The translations under genes were made by a program, and so were the position numbers. The notes beneath the pieces were generated by a model. The model was given only the letters and a program-made list of their open reading frames with translations, ran no database searches and was not told the origin of the DNA. Below are positions 35,257 through 48,708 of a DNA stretch of 64,000 bases, in pieces. Origin of the DNA: Oikopleura dioica (lineage: Eukaryota; Animalia; Chordata); NCBI GenBank assembly GCA_907165135.1, contig OU015567.1:8370001-8434000 (forward strand), given 5' to 3'. Position 1 is the stretch's first letter. Every line of letters begins with the position of its first letter.

Positions 35257-38003
35257 AGACTCTGTACTAATTATTTTCGTGAATCATGATTCATGAATCA
35301 TGATGATCTCTTAATTTGTTATCACTTCTTTTTCAATAACATTCGTTACAAGTGCTACCGTACCGAAAAAGATGATATTTCATCATCTCTGCCCAGTTTT
35401 TCGCGCTTGTTCTGGGGCTTTGGAATGGAAGCAAACAGGATAAATAAACGTGACGTCTCTAAAAAATAGGATCCGTGGTCGTCGTGCAAACGCGCTCCGT
35501 CTCGCTTGTTACAAAATCTTCCAAAAGCTAGTTAAGAGCGCGGTACGCCCTTGACCAGCCGGTTCACACTCAATTTTACCGATCTTTTGCCTTTGGATAG
35601 GAACAGTAACAAGCTCGGTTCCACGTCAGATCCGATCTACAATATCGTCAAAAATCGACAAATTCGAGGTCGAGCGTGGAATGCGACAAACGCGGCTAAC
35701 CACTAGGGTTAGTTGTTTTCCACATTCTTATTACCATCAAAAACAACTCACTCTTTCTCAGAAAAATAAGAAAACAATTGACCTTGAAGTAAGCGCAATC
35801 CAGCTATCTAAAGTGTTCAAAAAAGCGGGTAAAACTGTGACCATGATCCCTTATGCTGCGATCAGCGCGTGACGGAAATGAGAAATTTCAAGGTCGAAAT
35901 GTTGGATGAGCTTTTTGCTCATAATTTCGTGAATGTTAGACAAATCCAATTTCAATATTGCTCACTTGTTAAGCAAAAGCTCAAAGCGACGAACAAAAAT
36001 GCCGAATATTACATCTACTCTGACGAAACTACTCATCTAGGACTCTTGAAAGAGAAATGATCGGTTCAAAGAAAGGGAGAAAAGTTCATGAAATGGAAAG
36101 CCGACCGGTCAATTAGCAAGGGCTTCTGACCTGATCGCACGTTAAGAGCGCGCATCGCACATATCCGGCGTTGATGAAGGCACATTGCTTCCAAATGGAG
36201 CCCATTCCAAGAGTAACAAAGAACAGCATAATTGAAATGCTCGAGTGGATGCTCCGTTGTCAGGGAGGAGCTTGACCACGTCCCAATCCAGGCGGATTAA
36301 ACACGTCAGTCTCATTACTCCGTTCATCTCCGAGGAGAGGCCTTGTCTTTCTGATTGGCTGGGGCTCTTCTTTGAGCATTTTGATTGGTCGTTATTCTTT
36401 GAAAACTGACTGACGTTAGCAACACTAGTTTATGCGCAATAAACTAAAGGATAATTTACTTGCATAACAATAAAAAGATGTTTTCGTATTTTGGAACATC
36501 ACAGTCATGAAATTATGGCATCTCATGAGAAAAAAAAAACGAGGGAGAAGCGTAAAAAATATCATTAACAACGTCAAGCGTAGACATTAATACGATTGGC
36601 CCCTCTAAGTAACCTAACAAGCGCATAATTTCTCGAGCTGTTCGAGTTTCCTTGAACAGCGCACTTTGCTTCACGTGAGAGACGTTTCGAGAAAAAAATG
36701 TCGAATGTTTTTTCGAAAGACTCAAAATGCTTGAAATTTAAAAAATTTAAAAACCTTTGCTAGATTGAGTCCCGCGAAAGTGGCCTCACTTATCGGCGAA
36801 AAATTCACTTCCAGTTCAATTTTAAATTAGTGACTATTTTCTAAAGCTAAAGGGATTTGAAATGAAAGAATAACTCGGTCATTATTATAGAATCAAAACT
36901 CGCGATGGTCACTTTTGATGGTAAACCACTTATCCAGTAAATTCGATAAGGAGACGCTCAACTGTAATCAAATCTGAGCGGCTAACATTAAAGAAAGAAC
37001 CGGTTAAACCATAACTTTGAAAGCAAATCCTGGACTTACTGAAACAAAACAACGTTCAAAATAGAAACCAAAAAGGGACGAGGAACGTCATATGCTAAAT
37101 CAATCAACTGCACCACGTCAATACAGTATTTCGCAACGGTTAATCTGATTTCAAGCCTGGACTCCTGGAGCATGACGTATTCACGGAGAAGTTTGGTGGT
37201 GAATTCCGAGTAGTCGAACAAAGAAGACTTTTATTTCAATTTACAACCTTTACCAGGGTCCGACAGCTTACAAGAGAAACCTGAGTCAGGGTCCTGAAGG
37301 CTGCTTACAAACAAAAAAAGAAAGCAGATTTTAGTTGTCTAGTCCCCACGTCAGAAAATTGTCCGAGATGTCGTTGCATCATCATCAAACACGTAAGATA
37401 GTCGAAGAACAAACACTTCCACGATAAGAAGAAGATCTCACGTGGTCCAGACGAGCGGACATATGACGAAAAACTAGATTTTCTTACAACCTCCACGTTA
37501 TTGAGAATGATCTGATTCCCAGCTGCTTCTTTTTCAAGAGTCAGAAAAATTGAATCTCGGAAGAAAATTTGCTCAAAATCAGCCGCAAGCGCTAAAAATT
37601 TTATGAGCGAGATGGAACCGTACTAAAAAGATAAATGCTTGGCATGTTAAATTTTTCTCTCTTCTTTCTGGGGCATTTCGTTCGTTCGATAACACACCAA
37701 GAATGTCATTACCGGAGTATTCTGCGATTAGGGTGAGAAAGTATTTTCTTTTTCGACTTGAAGGAATTCTGCTGATTTGGATTCTAGAGGGCAGCAGGAA
37801 TTTCTCACTGCCGGCAATTTTCAACAATTGTTCGCGTGAAATGCTAACTGAGGGCTTTGAATATGTGTTCGGCATTTTCAAATGACTCTTTGTTCTTAAA
37901 AACGAGCAAAAATCAGAATCTTCGAAAGACAGTTTGCTTTCTTTTTCGTTCAAATGTCAAACAGCATGTCGCAAACGCTCAGATAATCCTTCGATGATCC
38001 TCG

Positions 38004-39864
38004 GATGATTTCAAAAAACTTTTTGCGCGGCCGGAAATCATGAAAAAAGTGCTAGTGCAGTTTTGTCAGGCTCGTCGAGACGAGTCGATTGGTATAGGTC
38101 ACTCTTGAAAATTTTAAGGATTTACCGGTTAACCGGCTGATTACCGGAAATCACGTTGTCAGCTCCCGTTTTTGTTCTAGTCGTCGGATTTTCATTTTTG
38201 AAGGGTCAAAATGATCCTTATGATCAGGGCTACTGTAGCCTCTGAGATGAGCCCCATATCTCAACTCCTGCCGAGCTTATCACTAAAAGTTTGAATTTTA
38301 CGCACTTTTTTCACTTTGAAAGTTCATAACGTAAAATTTTTACGGTAAATACTAATAAATCTTTTGCGGTTTTGATAGACAATTAAAAATTAATAATACC
38401 CACCGTTCAAAACCTTGTAACCAGCCGGTAAAAAAGCGCTGAATCAAAATTATGCCCTCGAAAAGCACTTTTTTGATTAAATTTTTCTCCTCAAAGATCG
38501 GAACTAAAAGCGGGACTTTTTTGCGCAAAATCAATGCTTTTTCTTTAGAAAGAGGATTTTTCGGAGAATAAAGGGGTCTTTTTTAATTTTGGATTCCATA
38601 ACTGGAACTTCTTGTATCACCTTTTCCACTGCTCGCTTTTTTCTCAGGTTGGCCAAGTTTGATTCTTGTAGACATTTGATGCCTTCTAGGACATTTAAGA
38701 TGTTTTGTCGAGCCCCCGGATGAGCAAATCTCTTCTTGGAAAACTCGGCTTTTAGGAAACTACAGTTAACCCTAGCCGGCCAAAAATGATTTTTCTCGGG
38801 TACCGGTCAAGATACTCCATATTTGGCGCCAGGGATTTACGGTAAATCATTTACCTTCAAATAAGACTATACAAATGATAAAGGTCAAATTATACGGTCT
38901 TGGGGAAATACATTAAACCCTGCCTATCAAGATGCAATAGAAAAAAGCTAGCTCTGTAGCAAGTTATGAAACATGTCACAGTGCCCTCCTGAAGCCCAAG
39001 AAGTGCTCCATATCGGAACGCCCGAAGAGGACAAGCCCAAGACTAAATTTATGATTGGCTCATTGCCGACGCAAGATAGCTCAGCTACGATTGTTAGAAG
39101 CTATGTATGGGGCTACGTAGATACTAGAATTTTAGGAGGATTGGCGTCTTAAAGCCGGGATTCACGGTGGAGACGCGAGAATCGACGTTTGAACCACCAG
39201 GACTTTGACGTCTGAAAAGTAAGGATCGAAGTTGTTGAAGCCGGGATTGAAGTGAGTGTAGCCAGGATTTACTGTGGAGTATTCAATAAAATAAAATTAT
39301 ATGATCAATCAATATAAATTAATTCACATCTCTGTTGGGCAAAGTTGGGCAAACAGATATCTAGTTCCGTTCTTTGAGGAGAAAAATTTAATCAAAAAAG
39401 TGCTTTTCGAGGGCATAATTTTGATTCAGCGCTTTTTTACCGGCTGGTTACAAGGTTTTGAACGGTGGGTATTATTAATTTTCAATTGTCTATCAAAACC
39501 GCAAAAGATTTATTAGTATTTACCGTAAAAATTTTACGTTATGAACTTTCAAAGTGAAAAAAGTGCGTAAAATTCAAACTTTTAGTGATAAGCTCGGCAG
39601 GAGTTGAGATATGGGGCTCATCTCAGAGGCTACAGTAGCCCTGATCATAAGGATCATTTTGACCCTTCAAAAATGAAAATCCGACGACTAGAACAAAAAC
39701 GGGAGCTGACAACGTGATTTCCGGTAATCAGCCGGTTAACCGGTAAATCCTTAAAATTTTCAAGAGTGACCTATACCAATCGACTCGTCTCGACGAGCCT
39801 GACAAAACTGCACTAGCACTTTTTTCATGATTTCCGGCCGCGCAAAAAGTTTTTTGAAATCATC
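38004..39864. mobile_element. Non-autonomous DNA element with 503-bp terminal inverted repeats (foldback-like), 1861 bp
   Basis: 38004-38506 is the reverse complement of 39362-39864 (2 mismatches noticed). Both sides are flanked by TCG (38001-38003 and 39865-39867). The ~855-bp core is non-coding. Confidence 0.85.
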
Positions 39865-42218
39865 TCGGAATCAATCAGCTTAGTCCAAATGCATGCCAAA
39901 AATGTTTTGACAAATAAACGTGGAGAGACCAACACTCGAAAACGGCATCCTAAAACTAGGAAAGGGAAATATTTTTTTCCTGGAGAAGAATTTTTAGTTG
40001 AGCGAAAAGTTTCGATCAAATTTGGATGATCGAAATTCGATTGATTTTGTTTGGAAGGCGCCTGAAAGCTCAAAAATAATGGAAAAAGCACGAATCTCAG
40101 AATGGGATTGACCTTGATCTGTTGTTAAATGAACTACTGTTCTCTTTTTCTTTTTGAGAAAAAAGATATGGGAACGTGTGCGACAAGCATCGGGACATTT
40201 GCTTTGAGTTTTAAGCTGTTGGAAAAAGGAAATATTTAACTTGTACGCGGTCTGCACGATTAAACGGGCAAGTATTTAGAAGATAACATATTTTTTATAA
40301 AATGTTTGAACAGAAAATTCGAAGAAAATCTAATAAAACTTATCTGTATTCAAAAATTGTTAATTTTCATCGTATTCTTTCATCTTCAGAAGGAGCAAGA
40401 AGCCAGACAAAGAGGGCAGAAAGTGAACTGATGGAACCGTAATTCTTAGGTAGAGGTTTTTTATCGAGACAGTAATTGTAAGCCTGGCGGGGTCTTTCTA
40501 CCAAGTAATTCTACTGAGCCTCTAGATAAATTTCCAAAGAATTCTATAAAAGAAAATTTTGCTCCAGTCTAACAGGGCATTTCGTAAATACATTACGAGC
40601 TTTGTATTGTCTCTTTGATGGTACGTACTGCTCTATTTTGACCAAAATAAACCAAAAAAAATCGTTGAACAAATTTACCAGTAACAACAGGAAAAGTTTT
40701 ACAACTAAACCAATCTGCGGCTTATCGATTTGTTTCCGACTGAATATTTCTGGTCTGGCGATAAGCAATTGAACGCAAAAATAATTCACACGGACATGGC
40801 ATCTAATTTTGGAGTAACTGAAAATAGAAATTCGCCGTTAGGATACTCAAAACTCCATCGAATTCAACTTTTGAGCCTTATCATTTTAGCGGATCTCTTA
40901 TCGTTATCTTACAAGAGCCTGAAATTATGCCATTCGAGATTTCCTTCGGGAAATTGCCGCCTAGAGAGGAGCCTTCTAGCACTATGTTCGACCAGATCCA
41001 AAGTGCTTCGTCAAAAGACTGTAATTCTTCTTTGGGGGGTCTGGTCTGGAATGAGTTGATTCCGCGTTTCAACAAACATCTCCAAGTCGCGCGTATTATT
41101 CCGCAAAAAAAGGTTATATTAGTCTTCTCCGAGTTCTGCATCAGCGTAAAAATAATTTCATGTTGGACCGTACGTTGGATTTCCGTGGATCAGAAATTCA
41201 ATATTCACTCAAAAATATCACCATTTCGCCATTTCAGGTAAAACAGGAATAGAAGTAACGTGAAGGCACCTGTATCTTCGGGGACTGACATGATGCGATT
41301 AAGGTGATACTTTGGATGATTTTAGCGTGTATTAAAGAGAGTCTTCCCACGCTCTTTATAAAAATTTTCTCCTCTCGCAGCCGAAAATCGCTTCTTTTGA
41401 GAAATCATTCGATTCTAGCACTGACGTGTCCGGTAGAACACTTTTCGTTTCTCTACGACCAAGATAAGGCAAATTCAAGCTCTGTTCTACATTTTTTCTT
41501 TTTGGCCTTTTTCAATTAAGCTCGTTAGCAAAGAAGCTCTGCGGTCGAAAGATAGCGATAGTAGGACTACCAGGACAACGAGGTTGGTTTAATTAATATT
41601 CTAACACTGATGGAAGTAAAATTGGAGATATTGGCCCGCTACAGGAAGGCAAAAAGGAACAAGAAGGTGATAAGCGAAAATCTATAGCGCGATAAAGTGT
41701 ACCCGCAAGTACTCCAATTCATCGCGGAAAATGGAAAGTTTATCTGCTCAATTTTGCACATTCGACATTTACCCAGGAAAGAAGCCGAACATTCTTGTTG
41801 AAAAATTAATTGAAAAGCCGATCTTTTTGAAGACAAACTAAACGACACAACAAGAAACAGAACCCTTCATTTGTAATTATCTCAAATGAAGTGGGCTCCT
41901 AAGAAGACGTCGCGGAATCAAAGAATGAACCGAGTTTTCCCGGTTCGCGCATTTCTACGAGATTCCTCAAAATGTGAACCGAAATCGTTGCGGGCGGATC
42001 TGAAAGACGCTTCAATAATATTTTGGAGAAACGGGCTCTATCACGTTTTTCTAGGGAAGATCGAGCCATGGCATTTTATAAATATCCAGCCAAGAATTCA
42101 GAACTAACTGCTGCTTCTTTTTATGGAATCATGATTTCCAAACATAAAAACGTGGCAATCATAAGGGACTTGGCAAAGATTTATAAATAAAATTGATAAA
42201 TCAGGACCCCCGGAAACT

Positions 42219-42314
42219 TGGGCTCTGCACCTGTTTGAGAAAACCTGAGTCAGGATTCGAAAAAAGATAAAAAGGAATCCTGACTCAGGTTTTCTACAGA
42301 AGTTGCAGAGCCCA
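42219..42314. repeat. Short palindromic dispersed repeat, family copy 3
   Basis: TGGGCTCTGCA...AAAACCTGAGTCAGGATTC ... GAATCCTGACTCAGGTTTT...TGCAGAGCCCA. Confidence 0.75.
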
Positions 42315-44426
42315 GCTGCGGACCAAAAAAAGCAGTTCTTGCAAAGTTAATTTGCAAATTATCAAATTTTCATACCAAGCCTAAACATATCTAATACCAG
42401 TAGTTTTGATGAAATGTCAAATTTGACCCTTGTTTTGAAGCGTCACTTCTTTTCAAAGTAAAGAAGGTCGGCCGCAAACAAGAACGGCTCAAGAAACCCC
42501 GAACGAAAAACAACAAAACTGGAAATGAAAATACAGTAGGAACTCGGAAAAAGCTATTGTGCTCAAAATACATTGTTTTGAGGCGAGCTTAAGGTCGCGT
42601 TAGGGTTAACTTTTGGTGGATTAGGGTCAATTCTATCCCCTCGTAAATATCTTTTCTCAAAAGAAACCTTTTCTTTTGGTTACACAATTTGTTTGCTCCC
42701 GTAATTCCCTGGATAAAAGCAACGGAGAAGATGAAATTTCGAAATTCTAGCGCCAAAAATTAACGGAAAGAATGCCCCCACCATTGTCTCTCAGTAGAGA
42801 TTCAAATCCGTTTTGAATAAAAATTCAGAAGGGTCGAAATTTTACTGTTTCTTCTACCTTTTCCTGTTCAAAATCGAAAATTCAAGGAAGCGGCAAATTC
42901 ATTTCCATCATTCTTTTGCATGAGCCAATTTCCATCTTTGCAATTGTAGACGTTTTCTAATTGCTTGTTTCGGGGTTATATAATTGCTTTAATCGACGTT
43001 GTTCTGCGGCCCGCAGTCGCCTTAAGTTTCCGGCAAATTTACGTATGGCCACTAATTCGGGGTAAAGTAGAAATAACGACCGATTATGAGTTGAAAACTT
43101 GTCATTTTTAAAGGCCTTGCTTTAGTCTTTCTAAAATTGTTCAACAAAAAAATCGGTCTCGATCAATTCTACTTATTAGTAGTAATAGTTCTTTTAAAAC
43201 ACCTCTGGTTTGGAAACAAAAACAGATAAGATAAAACTAAAGCTGTGAAAGCTATTGCCGTTTTTCCAATTTCATAATATTTTCCAACAAAAACCATACG
43301 CCAGTTTGCTTACGATAATAATTATCTCCACTGCTGCTTTCACATTTCTTTAGAAAGACCTATAAAATAGAATCATTCAATTTCTTCTCGAGCCAATTTC
43401 CATTCCAAAAACAACTGTTAGCCATTAATTGAAGTGTCACGTGGTCCCTAAAACGCGCTAGTTTTAGAACTTCAAATTCTTTCACCCATTCCTTCTCGCA
43501 GATTTTATCAACTTGAGGTGAGTGCTACTTTCTCGCACAAGACGATATAATTTATCTTTGATAAATATAAATAGAATCACTATAATTTAAGGAGACGAAA
43601 ATTATATCGGCAAATGGGCTGTATCTGCAGCTGTGCTTGTAATTAATCGACCGGTTCTCAAAGATAGCTTCTCAGGCCACGTCCTTTCCCACGAAAATTA
43701 TCATCAAGAAGGCTGTTCATTAAGAATTTATAAAAATAATAAACAGCCGGGTTTTAAAATCGGTAAAAACGAAGGTCAAAAATGCAAAGAAAACGAATTT
43801 GCAGCGTGTTTTGCAACGATGAATCGTCGAAAATTGCAAAAGTGAAACAAAACAGATAATTAATTGCCTTATTTACTCCAAAAGCAAAGCTCGTCTTGTT
43901 TCGTCTTCTCTCATCCGCCCGTGATTTTGTTTTCTGACCCCCTACGTGGACTACCATCATAATCTGTAGCAGGGGCTTGACATCAACAATCGCATTTTTT
44001 TCAAAGAATCCATTTGCCGACTTTTATTATTTTCGGCCAAAAGTAGGCTTCAAGCTTTATTTTGCTAGCTTTCAATAATTCTATTCCAAAGTCTAAGACA
44101 CCAAGCGTCAAAGCTTCCGCAGAAAAGACGCTTGAAATTCTTTCTTTGCCAAAAGTTTATTTTCTGTAATAGTTTTTCCAAGATACAGAAGGTTAAACAC
44201 AAATGGTAAGGGCACACAAACACAAGATAGGGATTATCATAAAACTTCGTAATTACTTATTTTTCTTGAATTTTTTTAACAGCACCCTTGCGAGGAGCAT
44301 GACAAGCGGCCCGAAGAGTATTTTCACTAGTGGTAGATATTTCGAGTACAGAACAATATTTTGACCGAGATAGAAGAGCGCGAGAAACTTGCACAGGTAA
44401 AGAATTGTTGAAATCTTCATTTTATT

Positions 44427-45703
44427 TTATGATTTTGGGCTGGAGTTGAATAAATGTTCAGTCGTTGCGCTGGAGCTGGAGAAGATTCGATCGCGAGCGT
44501 TGGGCTTTACTTCTGTTTTCTTGTTCGCAGCTTGGTCGGTTTCTGCTTTTTTGAATCCCTCGGAAGACCAGCCCTAGAAAATCTTTTATATTTCTGAAAA
44601 AATTGCAGTTGGGTTATTTCTTCTTTAGAAAACGAACTTCTTTCTAAACAGAAAGTTCAAAATGACTTTGAACCAAAGACGCGAGTTGCTGTATTTTGTC
44701 AACTTGTTTCATGCTTCGGCGTGTCTGAAGAAAAGCGAAAGGCAACTCTCTAGTCGTGAATTATGTTAAACTGAGTTGAGAAAAAGAAATAATCTCTGGT
44801 GGCGCATGAAAATGTTGTTCTGTGGTTATTGCTTTTTTATCGTTACGTAGTAAGCGCGACCCGCCGATTACGCCCGCTCACGCAAGAAAAATGTCTTCAT
44901 CAAAAATAATTGCTTTAGAAAATTGTCAAAAGAATGTTTGAATTAACACCTTCGTAGAAGTTTGCGGAGAATTCTAGAGTGGTTGGATATTTCTTGGTTA
45001 TTTAACAACCGTAGCTTTTCACCGTTTGAGAGGGCTAAAGCCAAAATTACGATTATACCATTATAACGATTAAATTCAGGTAATTTTAAAATAATTACTA
45101 GTATCTTTGCTATTATCAGCGTATTCGCTTGAAACTCATAATAACTACGTATACTCAAGTTCGCACCTGCCGTTTTTTCTTTGAGAAAAAATATTGCTTT
45201 CCTGGATCGGAGAACACGGCAGATTCGTGACTTAGTGTCGCGAAAAACATCACCACCTGACGTAAACTGATAATACATGCTAATGAGGACTAGTAACACT
45301 GCCAAAAGTTCAATAAAACGAGTAAGAAATAAATATTTCTTTCGAGTAAATGTCAGACTTTTTAGTTTATTGCTGGTATTTGTGGTCAAAATAAGCTTCC
45401 GGGAAAATGATGGGCTTTTGTTTTCCTATTTTGTAATCTTTTTTGTTAAGTGCCTCTTTTATTATTAGATCAAATAGACAAGAAAAGTAAAAAAATGTCA
45501 TTACATCATGTAACCTGCCCAAAAATTTAATGTCAAAATGTTAAAATTACCTTTACTGCGTTTCCGTAAGCTAGCGTTTCCCTCAAATAGCTCCCCTCGA
45601 ATTCGAAAATCTGCGATTCGAGCTTCTTCAATTGACTTTTAACCGAATCGACTTCGTCCAACAACTCTGCCTGGATTTTTTCAGTGTCGACAATTTGAGG
45701 CAT
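44427..45703 (-). CDS. MEAF6: Chromatin modification protein MEAF6/Eaf6 (NuA4/MYST complex subunit), 99 aa, 2 exons
   Basis: Exons 45703-45551 and 44573-44427: LKKLESQIFEFEGSYLRETLAYGNAVK|GW...DRIFSSSSAT, the Eaf6 signature (LE.QI..FEGSYL..T..YGN...GW...R.FS.SS.T). Confidence 0.92.
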
Positions 45704-48700
45704 ACTTTGCTTTCTTTCTCCTGTCTGAAAATAAAAAAATTGACTTCGCTTAACAGAAAAGTAAGAGGAAAGTCGCAAGAGATAATTTTTTCCGGAGAGC
45801 GCTAGGTAATCGCATAAAAGTTCCGGGTAATCTCGACAATCGGGCAACGAAATGAGCGAAAAAAGGGGACACGTGACCGTTCTTCGCAGAGATTTTCGAA
45901 CGGTTCTAGTTCAATTTTTCTACATTTAAAACCAAAAAACGCCGGTTTCTAAAATGAAGTCCCCTTTTTAGAAAGGGGGCATCAGATGCATGTAGTACTA
46001 CAGTATCAGGAGTAGCAATTTGTAAATTATAGATAAGAAAAAAGTGCAACGGGGCTATTCAGAGTGGAATCTCGGGGCTTCTAATTAAACTCGTGACCTT
46101 CATTCTCGATCGACTACCGGATAACCTTTCCTTACTTTGTCTATTCTAGCGCAAGTTCTCATGTAAACAGATTTACTGCTAACTCATCTTAACTTCAGAT
46201 ATTATGTTTGAGTCGGCTGGGTTAGGTGCATCATAATCAAAAATTTATCCAAAAACCTCCTTCCCAATTTTGATAATTGCCACGTGACCATGATTTTTTA
46301 CCAACCTCAAGCCTATTTATTGAAAAGACGAGAATGAAAATAACTAAAGAAGATTTTATTGCATTTAAACCCAGGGGCGAAGGAAAATAATAATTAGCTC
46401 TAAAGCTGTTTTGACAAAAAAGGGGCTCTCCAGAATTTTCAATTTATCGAAATCAGCTGATAAGGCAGTCTATCACTACGTTTTGAAAACAGAGCAAATA
46501 AGAACAGGAAGATGGAAAAAATGGATTCTAAAAGAGTAGTCGAATAATCTCTAATCAAGGACTTGTCACCACGCTAGATCCTTTATCGAAGAATAAGGAA
46601 AATAACTGATTACTGAATGAGGAACATGTGAAGGCAGGATCAGAATCAGGGTAAGAGATGGGGAAAGCCCTTATTTAGCCGATAAAGTTCATGACAACGA
46701 GGTGGAGGACGAAATGAGCAAAGAGAAAGTCGCCAAAAGCCCGCTCGTCAGACCACTGGAATTGATCCTTGTTCTCAGGGTTCAGCTGCAGTCGAAGGCT
46801 CACTCCAAGCACTAGAAGTGAGAAGGTAGAGGTTTATAAAAAGGGTAGCTTACCAAAAGAAGTGACGCAGGAGATGAAGCCAGAGAGAAACGCATTGAAG
46901 GGGAAAGTACCGACCAAGCAGCAGTACACGAACTGAATTAAATATTTGAATTTTTGGGAAATATTTCTATAAATCCCGCGGTTTGAAAAAAGTACTTTGG
47001 TACGCGCAGAATTATCTGTATTTCGCAACGTGATAAACGGCGCTACAACTTCGTCTTGTTGTGATCCTAAACAGAGTCTTATCAACTTCTTTTGAATCTC
47101 GATCTCGGGCTGTTCTAATTTGCCTCTCTAAGTTTTGCTAAAGCTTTCGATTTCTGTGCCAAGCTAGAACGCTGAAATTTAAGGGATTCGAAAGACACGC
47201 CCGTCAATTTCGCCTAGGCGGTGTTTTGCTTAAGCCTTCACGGAGCTTAGAATAATCCTAGAATGATTTGTACCAAGTATTGTCTTCTTTAAAAACAAAG
47301 CAAGAAATCTTCAGGTATAATCAGTCATTGTGAAGGAGGATAAATACAGAGACGGGGGAGGACCTTTTGGTTTAAACCTTTTCGTAAATAAACAGAGCAA
47401 ATAAAATTTACTTTCTTTCGATCAGCAGTTACTTTTCAAGTTGTAAGTTAGTGATTATCGTACTAAAGAGTTTCAAACCTAAACGACCCTTAGATTAATC
47501 TTTGTTGTGCTCAATTATCATTTGTTTTTAATACACTCATTACTTGTTGCAAATCATTTCAAGATTAAAGTAAGCCCCGCTGCGGGCTCAAGTTGAAGTA
47601 GAACAGATTGTTCGAGCAAATCACAAACGGATGTTGACAATTTAGTTATAACAATTTTCATCCCGCAATCGCTCATTTTACAAAAGTACTCATTTCAATA
47701 ATAGTAATTCTTTAGGAAAAGGCGATTTCGGCAATCGTATTTATAATAAATAATGCTAATACTGTTCCTAGAATAAAAAGACGCTTCGTCAAAAACCTAG
47801 CTTGACCGAGAGTGAGGAGGCAAGAAAGATAAGATAATATGGTCTCTCATTATCCTGGGCTTGTCAAATGTTCGTGGTCACGTTTTCGAGTACATGATTT
47901 TGAAAATAGGGATAAAGCCGATAACTGAGGCGATTACCTGAATCACTCCAGTGAAGAATGTATATCCAAGATACGCGTCGATCGCTTTCAGCTTTTCAAG
48001 CGGCTCAGAATTTATGAAAATTTATATTGAAGCAATTTTAAAAAGGTAGAAAAAAGTATCGTGGCGTTTTCTCCGAAAGAACTGTTTCATTTTTGTATTC
48101 CCCCTAAACAACAACATCTTAATTTCATCATCATAGCAACCCTCAATCTTTCAATATTGCTTTACTACTCTCTGTGTTTTTATTGAAACAAGATTGATTG
48201 GTAAATTAGACATGATTTGGTACTGTTAGTTATTTCTATTTGCCGCGTTCCTTGACGGGAGTGGATTTCTGATAGTCGTCAAAAAATTTCGATACGATTT
48301 GTCCGAATTCAGAAGCCGCGTTGGTCGACTCTTTTGGAGCGGCTTTGGTAACAGTTTTGGTCGTGGACTTGGTCATTTTTGCTTATACGAATTCTGAAAT
48401 TAATGTCTTTGACCTGCGAAGAAATAACGAGATTTTGGTGTTGTACAAGTTTGAAATATATTATGCCAAGTTGTTTTTTTTTTAAGTAATTTTTTACAGT
48501 GAACATGTAATTTTGTTGGTTTTGCAAAAAGGGGGATTATATACAGTGAGTGGTGAAATTCGTTTAAAAATAGTGGTGAAATAAAAGGTATAAAATAAGC
48601 CGGGCGTGAGTTTTTTTAGAATGAAGAGTCTTCATTGAATACTATTCAATGAATAGGGAATGTGAAAAGTGCCGGGGCAGGTGAGGTGATCTTCGGAATG

Positions 48701-48708
48701 GGGCGAAG

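Noticed and set aside
38352-39516. Two ORFs (38352-38534 minus, 39301-39516 plus) with the same peptide
   Set aside because: A by-product of the 503-bp inverted repeat, with no coding features.
44943-45389. 148-aa hydrophobic ORF inside the MEAF6 intron
   Set aside because: Non-ATG start, AT-rich low-information sequence and no recognisable family.
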